Notes under the pieces: generated by a model
Seen by the model: only the letters and a program-made list of their open reading frames with translations
Database searches by the model: none
What the model was told of the DNA's origin: nothing
Part shown: positions 59,117-64,000 of the stretch, piece by piece
How the letters are laid out: each line of letters begins with the position of its first letter
Position numbering within the stretch: the stretch's first letter is position 1
Made by a program: the position numbers and the translations under genes
NCBI GenBank assembly: GCA_038227825.1
Contig: JBBRPQ010000018.1
Coordinates: 13,675 to 77,674 of the forward strand
Reading direction: 5' to 3'
DNA length: 64,000 bases
DNA from: Chthoniobacterales bacterium
GTDB lineage: Bacteria > Verrucomicrobiota > Verrucomicrobiia > Chthoniobacterales > Chthoniobacteraceae

Positions 59117-61026
59117 AAATCACGCAACTCCTCCCGATCTTCGCCTGCCTCGCGACTGCGCAAGCGGCCACGCTCAACGTGACCACCACCGCCGACACCG
59201 GCGCGGGCTCCCTCCGCACTCAGATCGCCGCTGCCGCGACCGGCGACACCGTGGCCATCACCGCCGCCGGCACGATCACACTCACGACCGGCGCGATTAG
59301 CGTGACCGGCAAGAACCTGATCATCTCCGGCCCCGGTGCGAACAGTCTCACCATCACGACCGCAGCGACGACACGCGCGCTCAGCATCGTAAATGCACAG
59401 TGCACAATCAGCGGCATCACTTTCAACAACTGCAAGGGCCTCGTCGGCGACGTGGACACCGGCGGCGCGATCGCCGTGGACAACTTCACCTCCGGCGGCG
59501 TCACGAACCTCACGACCATCAGCGACTGTGCGTTCACGAACAACCAGTCCGGCTGGGGTGGCGCGGTGGACATCTTCCAGGGCGGCCTCGCGATGACGCG
59601 CTGCACCTTCACCGGCAACACCTGCACCGGCGTCGCCTTCGGCACGAACGGCGGCGGCGGCGCGCTCAGCCTCGGCCCAACCGTCGTATCCACGATCACG
59701 AACTGCACTTTCTCCGGCAACGCGCAGAACGGAGCCGCGACCGGCCAGCCCGGCGGCGGGGCGATTTACAATTATGGCGTCGGCTTTGCGAACCCGCCGA
59801 CGGTCACGGTTGAGCACTGCACCTTTATCGGTAACGTGGACGCCGGAAGCGCGGCGGGCGCGATCAAGGGCAACTACACATCCAGCTACCACACGGCTGC
59901 GAAGCTGAAGAACTGCCTGCTCGTGAACAACCAGGCACCCGCGGCGGTGCTGAGGAATTTCTCCGGCAATCCGACGGGCGCACTCACCGCGAGCTACACT
60001 TCGCTCGGCGGAAACGTCACCGATGAATTGACGACGAGCACGCTCTTCATGGCGGGCGGCGACAAATTGAACAACGCGACGATCACGGGAACCGTGTCTC
60101 CGGCGCTCGCGCCGAATGGCGGGCCCATCGCGACACACGCCATCACGCGCGGCTCACCTGCACAGCGCAGCGGTCTGTCTTCGACAGTCACCACGGATCA
60201 GCGCGGTGCGCCCCGGCACGCGAATGCGGATGCCGGCGCATTTGAACTCATCGAGCCGGAGATCAGCGTCAGCGTTGCGACGGTGTCGCTGGTGGAAAGT
60301 GGGGCGCTCGCGTTTGGCACCACGCCGGTCGGCACGCCGGTGAGCAACGCGGTGACGGTCACCAACACGCAGACGAGCCCCTTCGCGAGCGGCCCGCTCC
60401 TGCTTGGCAGCCTGTCGGCGCCTGTCGGATTTTCGGTCGGCGGTTTCCCGGCAATTTCGATTTTCAACGGCCAGTCCGCCACGTTCAGCGTCGTGCTTTC
60501 TGCGAACGACACCGGCCCATTTAGCGCCTCGCTCTCGTTTGCCGGAAATGATTCATTCAATCCCAGCCTCGCAAGCGCCATCACCGGTTCGCCGAACCAG
60601 CACGTCATCAATCTCACCGGCCTTGTCACCGACACCGTGGCTCACTGGCGCACGCAGAATTTCGGCCCCGGCGCGACGAATGCCGGCAATGCCGCCGACA
60701 CCGCAAATCCCACGGGCGACGGCATCGCGAACCTGCTGAAATATTCGCTCGGCCTCGATCCGCAGGTCGCCTATCCGCAGGGCGCGGCAGTGACCACGGG
60801 CCTCGATGCCGGCGGGCATCTCACGATGATGGTGACGAAGAATGCACTGGCGGCTGACGTGAACCTCGCGATCGAAGTGACCGGGAATCTGGGCGATTCA
60901 CTCGCGTGGGATGCGTCCGGCACGACCGTTGACCAGAACACTGCGACGATTTTTCAGGCCCACGACAACACGCCGGTTTCCGCCGCGCAGGCACGCTTCA
61001 TCCGGCTGAAGGTCACGCGCCCGTAG
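59113..61026 (+). CDS. secreted right-handed beta-helix protein (choice-of-anchor-Q-like) with Ig-like and C-terminal domains
   Basis: Start at MKITQLLPIFACLATAQA. The opening is LNVTTTADTGAGSLRTQI. Repeated GGAI/GGAV..N.TF.GN turns follow, then DQRGAPR. The track ORF start at 58807 lies inside the mocA-like gene. Confidence 0.7.
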   Translation: MKITQLLPIFACLATAQAATLNVTTTADTGAGSLRTQIAAAATGDTVAITAAGTITLTTGAISVTGKNLIISGPGANSLTITTAATTRALSIVNAQCTISGITFNNCKGLVGDVDTGGAIAVDNFTSGGVTNLTTISDCAFTNNQSGWGGAVDIFQGGLAMTRCTFTGNTCTGVAFGTNGGGGALSLGPTVVSTITNCTFSGNAQNGAATGQPGGGAIYNYGVGFANPPTVTVEHCTFIGNVDAGSAAGAIKGNYTSSYHTAAKLKNCLLVNNQAPAAVLRNFSGNPTGALTASYTSLGGNVTDELTTSTLFMAGGDKLNNATITGTVSPALAPNGGPIATHAITRGSPAQRSGLSSTVTTDQRGAPRHANADAGAFELIEPEISVSVATVSLVESGALAFGTTPVGTPVSNAVTVTNTQTSPFASGPLLLGSLSAPVGFSVGGFPAISIFNGQSATFSVVLSANDTGPFSASLSFAGNDSFNPSLASAITGSPNQHVINLTGLVTDTVAHWRTQNFGPGATNAGNAADTANPTGDGIANLLKYSLGLDPQVAYPQGAAVTTGLDAGGHLTMMVTKNALAADVNLAIEVTGNLGDSLAWDASGTTVDQNTATIFQAHDNTPVSAAQARFIRLKVTRP

Positions 61027-61030
61027 GGTG

Positions 61031-61777
61031 TCACTTCCGCAGTTCGCGCGCGCGTTCCTCCGCGTCCACGAGCGAGAGGAACACGTTTTCCAATCCGCCT
61101 TTCGCGACGCTCGTCGCGCGCAATTCCTCAACGGTGCCGAGCGCGATGAGACGCCCGGCGTGGATGATGCCGACGCGATCCGCGAGTTCCTCGGCGACGC
61201 TGAGCTGATGCGTGCTGAGGAAGATCGTCATGCCGCCGCGCGAGCGGGCCTTGAATTCATCCTTCACGATGCGCGCGTGCATCGGGTCGAGGCCGACCAT
61301 CGGCTCGTCAATCACGAGCACCGTGGGATCGTGCAACAGCGCGCTGCTGATGACGAGGCGCTGGCGCGTGCCGTGGCTGAGGTTTTCCGTCAGCTCGTGG
61401 CGGTAGTCGTTGAGATGGAAACGGTCAAAGAGCGCATCCATCTTTTCCACGATGGCCCGCGGCTCCATGCCGAAGATGTCGCCGACGAACTGCATGAATT
61501 CGAACGCGGTCAGCTTGTCGTAGGTGTATGGGAAATCGGGCACGTAGGCGAGGCGTGCCTTGGCATTCTCGGGATCTTTCTGGACGTCAAAGCCCGCCAC
61601 GGATGCGGTGCCGCTGGTCGGCTTCAGCAGGCCGGCGAGCATTTTGATGGTCGTCGTCTTGCCCGCACCGTTCGGGCCGAGGAAGGCGAAGAATTCGCCC
61701 TGAGCAACATCGAGGTCGAGTGATTGCACGGCGGTGAGCGCGCCGAAGTTTTTCGAGAGGCTCCGGGTCTGGATCAT
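61031..61777 (-). CDS. ABC transporter ATP-binding protein
   Basis: Walker A GPNGAGKTT, signature LSHGTRQR, and Walker B LVIDEP. Confidence 0.85.
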   Translation of the reverse strand: MIQTRSLSKNFGALTAVQSLDLDVAQGEFFAFLGPNGAGKTTTIKMLAGLLKPTSGTASVAGFDVQKDPENAKARLAYVPDFPYTYDKLTAFEFMQFVGDIFGMEPRAIVEKMDALFDRFHLNDYRHELTENLSHGTRQRLVISSALLHDPTVLVIDEPMVGLDPMHARIVKDEFKARSRGGMTIFLSTHQLSVAEELADRVGIIHAGRLIALGTVEELRATSVAKGGLENVFLSLVDAEERARELRK

Positions 61778-62526
61778 CGGAGGAGATTGAACGGGGTAAG
61801 CCGCCAGCCGAATGCCGGTGCTTGGGCGGAGAGCACCTGGCCGAGCTGGCTGATCTGCGTCTCAAATATGCTTTGCTCGCCGGCCTTCAGGACGAGGAGG
61901 AATGTCTCCAGTTTCTGTCCACGGAGGGTGAGCGAGGAGGATTGGGCGGAAAAATCAAACTGTGGGATCTCGTTTTGCGTGGCTTTGATCTGGTGCAGCA
62001 TCATCTGGGGAATGCCCACGCGTGACATGAGTGAGGCGAAGCCTGCCTCGTCGAGTGTGAACGCCGCCTTGTGTAAAATCCGGTCACCTGTCTTCAAGGC
62101 GAGTAGCGCATTTTTCCCCGCGAAATCCACCAGGATGTCGGCGTGCTGTCCGGGTTCCGGCATGGAAAGGTCCACGTGCAGGCGCTCCGGCGCGGACTCG
62201 GGGCTGAGGTCCAGATTCGCGACCCACGAAAGTCTTGGCTGATGGCCGCCGGGGAGTGAAAGGGTTGCGCTGCCGTTGAAGTCGAGGACGCGTTTGCCGG
62301 AGGCCGCCAAGGTTCGCGGCTGGATGTGGACGAAGCCAATCTCCTTTTCCGACGAGAAAATGCGGAGGTCTGAAGCCTGTTCGTGCTGGAAGAGGAGCTG
62401 ACCGACGTAGCTGGGCGGAATGGCGTTCAGCCTGGTGGCTTCGGGGTAAAGCTCGCGCACCACGAGGAGGCTCGTCATCACCACCCAGAAGCCGGTGATG
62501 CAGATGATGGCGAGGCGATGAAGCAT
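61774..62526 (-). CDS. hypothetical N-terminally anchored protein
   Basis: 250-aa ORF with TM helix LAIICITGFWVVMTSLLVV. ATGA overlap with the ABC ATPase gene. No family recognised. Confidence 0.5.
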   Translation of the reverse strand: MLHRLAIICITGFWVVMTSLLVVRELYPEATRLNAIPPSYVGQLLFQHEQASDLRIFSSEKEIGFVHIQPRTLAASGKRVLDFNGSATLSLPGGHQPRLSWVANLDLSPESAPERLHVDLSMPEPGQHADILVDFAGKNALLALKTGDRILHKAAFTLDEAGFASLMSRVGIPQMMLHQIKATQNEIPQFDFSAQSSSLTLRGQKLETFLLVLKAGEQSIFETQISQLGQVLSAQAPAFGWRLTPFNLLR

Positions 62527-62557
62527 GGATCAGCCTAGCAGCAATTCCCGCGCACGC

Positions 62558-63379
62558 TCATCGCTTTGGCGCCGCGCGCGTCACTTTCTTTTCCACGAGC
62601 GCGTAGGCGTTGTGGTTGTGGATGCTCTCGAAGTTCTCTGCCTCCACGCGATACCAGGCGATGTTCTTTTCGCGGTTTGACCGTGCGGCGATGTTGCGCA
62701 CGAGATCCTCGACGAAGACCGGGTTGTCATATGCGCGCTCTGTGACCGCCTTTTCGTCGGGGCGCTTCAGCAGGCTGTAGAGTTCGCAACTCGCGCTCTG
62801 CTCCACGAGCGCAATCATGTCCTCGATCCAGATCGGCTTCACGCTGCGCAGGCTGTAGGTCACTCGGCCCCGCTGATTGTGCGCGCCGCGATCCGAGATG
62901 GCCTTGGAGCACGGGCACAGCGTGGCGACGGGAACGATGACGGTGACGACGAAATCCGTGCGCCCTTTTTCCAGCGTCGCCTCAAATCGCACGACGTAAT
63001 CCATCAGGCCGACCGCCTTGGTCGCAGGTGCGCGCTTTTCGAGAAAGAAGGGGAACTCGAAAGTGACGTGTGAACATTTTGATTCGAGCCGCTTTGCCAG
63101 ATCGCGGAGAATCGTCTGGATATTATCGACGTGCAGGACGGGGCCGAACTCATTCAGCACCTCGACGAAGCGGCTCATGTGCGTGCCTTTGAAATGATGC
63201 GGCAAGTCCACTGTGAGCGCGACGGTCGCCACGGTGTGCTGGAGTTTGCGCGCCTTGTCGCGCACCTGGATCGGGTAGCGAAGATCGCGCACGCCGACGC
63301 GGTCGATCGCGATTCCGCGCCGGTCGCGCTGGTTCTGTGTGTCGTGCAATTTTTTGATCGGCTGCAACTCCATGCGCAT
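62558..63379 (-). CDS. folE2: GTP cyclohydrolase FolE2/MptA (type IB)
   Basis: RGIAIDRVGVRDLRYPI, DLPHHFKGTHMSRF, CPCSK and VENFESIHNHNAYA. The start is ATG 63379 or 63373. Confidence 0.85.
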   Translation of the reverse strand: MRMELQPIKKLHDTQNQRDRRGIAIDRVGVRDLRYPIQVRDKARKLQHTVATVALTVDLPHHFKGTHMSRFVEVLNEFGPVLHVDNIQTILRDLAKRLESKCSHVTFEFPFFLEKRAPATKAVGLMDYVVRFEATLEKGRTDFVVTVIVPVATLCPCSKAISDRGAHNQRGRVTYSLRSVKPIWIEDMIALVEQSASCELYSLLKRPDEKAVTERAYDNPVFVEDLVRNIAARSNREKNIAWYRVEAENFESIHNHNAYALVEKKVTRAAPKR

Positions 63380-63445
63380 GAGTGAGACGACTCGCGCGCA
63401 TTCGGGCAAGACGCGAGTCGCCAATTCTGAAACGCGCAACCGACG

Positions 63446-64000
63446 TTACTCCGCACGGATGCGCAAGTATCCCTGTGGCGTGGAAAAATGCACGGTGTAT
63501 GTGCTGATCGGCGCTGTTGCCGGGATTCCGATGGCGATCGGTTTCCAGTCCGCAATGTCGAGCGCAGCGGTTGTCTCGATGGTGTATTTTTTTCCTGCGA
63601 TGGCCTGCCAGTGCAGTTCGTCATAGGCGAGTTCCAGTTTGCGCGCGTTGCTGGTCGGCAACACGGGCACGCCGAAGCCGTAAGTCGCGAGTCCGTTCAG
63701 GTAAGTGCCGATGCGCGGCGTGCGGTATTTTCGCTGCACCATTGCCGGGCCGGTCGTGATGGAGATCGCGGGCAAGGTGATGCTGGGATTCGCCGGCACG
63801 AAACGCCCCGATTCCCACGGCCAGAGCCAGCGCACGCCCATGATTTCGCCGAGGAAATGATAGGTGCCGAGCAGTGTGCCCGGCTGGCAGTCGGTGAGAT
63901 TCGACCAGTCGTCCTGTCCTCCGTCGCGCCCAACGATGTAGAGATTCGAGCCCGCCGTGCGGATGACGTAGAACTCCAAGTCGAGCCCCGCCGTGCTGAT
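63446..64000 (-). CDS. DUF4838-like protein fragment, 5-prime end beyond the window
   Basis: The frame is open to the right edge. FYVIRTAGSNLYIVGRD..GTLLGTYHFLGEIMGVRWLWP is typical of the N-terminal part of DUF4838 proteins. The ORF then ends early after a short beta-rich tail (..YLRIRAE). Confidence 0.5.
   Translation of the reverse strand: MSTAGLDLEFYVIRTAGSNLYIVGRDGGQDDWSNLTDCQPGTLLGTYHFLGEIMGVRWLWPWESGRFVPANPSITLPAISITTGPAMVQRKYRTPRIGTYLNGLATYGFGVPVLPTSNARKLELAYDELHWQAIAGKKYTIETTAALDIADWKPIAIGIPATAPISTYTVHFSTPQGYLRIRAE

Overview
High-GC bacterial chromosomal segment. Single 60-nt lines spot-count at about 58-65% GC. The gene content looks like Verrucomicrobiota/PVC (inference): PSCyt2/DUF1549, ThuA, Tat-signal Gfo/Idh/MocA, formylglycine-generating enzyme (FGE), a choice-of-anchor-Q-like beta-helix and a DUF4838-like protein. 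I support about 55 protein genes. Most of the long Arg-rich ORFs in the supplied track are antisense or out-of-frame shadows of these genes. Three real ORFs are missing from the track: the edge-truncated gene at 1..2282 and small ORFs at 9212..9370 and 23074..23247. Recognisable housekeeping genes are hflKC, an argD-like aminotransferase, rpoZ, smpB, ribBA, glyQS, tgt, folE2, a UbiD-family decarboxylase and a molybdenum-hydroxylase operon (iorAB-like, xdhC, mocA-like). I saw no rRNA, tRNA, tmRNA, CRISPR array, transposase or integrase. The most interesting region is the tgt locus. An orphan tgt 3-prime fragment next to glyQS (43.2 kb) and an orphan, stop-containing tgt 5-prime fragment (53.86-54.22 kb) bracket the intact tgt. 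This implies two separate insertions into the two ends of the gene. The larger insertion (about 43.3-50.8 kb) has visibly lower GC and is one translationally coupled five-gene operon: HAD-UbiA fusion, GMC flavoprotein, SDR, GT-C-like membrane protein, SDR. Step for step it resembles the polyprenyl-phospho-ribose to polyprenyl-phospho-arabinose donor pathway plus a transferase, but with non-orthologous phosphatase and oxidase. The second notable module (11.7-16.8 kb) couples a true FGE, a Cys-less FGE paralog, an STT3/PglB-like protein with a degenerate WWD motif, and a flavoprotein disulfide reductase. Smaller observations include an A7-split ORF, a bactofilin pair with a zinc-ribbon paralog, an AI-2E/B12-binding-like fusion, a palindromic repeat family and a possible toxin-like secreted protein. 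All family assignments come from reading motifs by eye and need HMM or BLAST confirmation.
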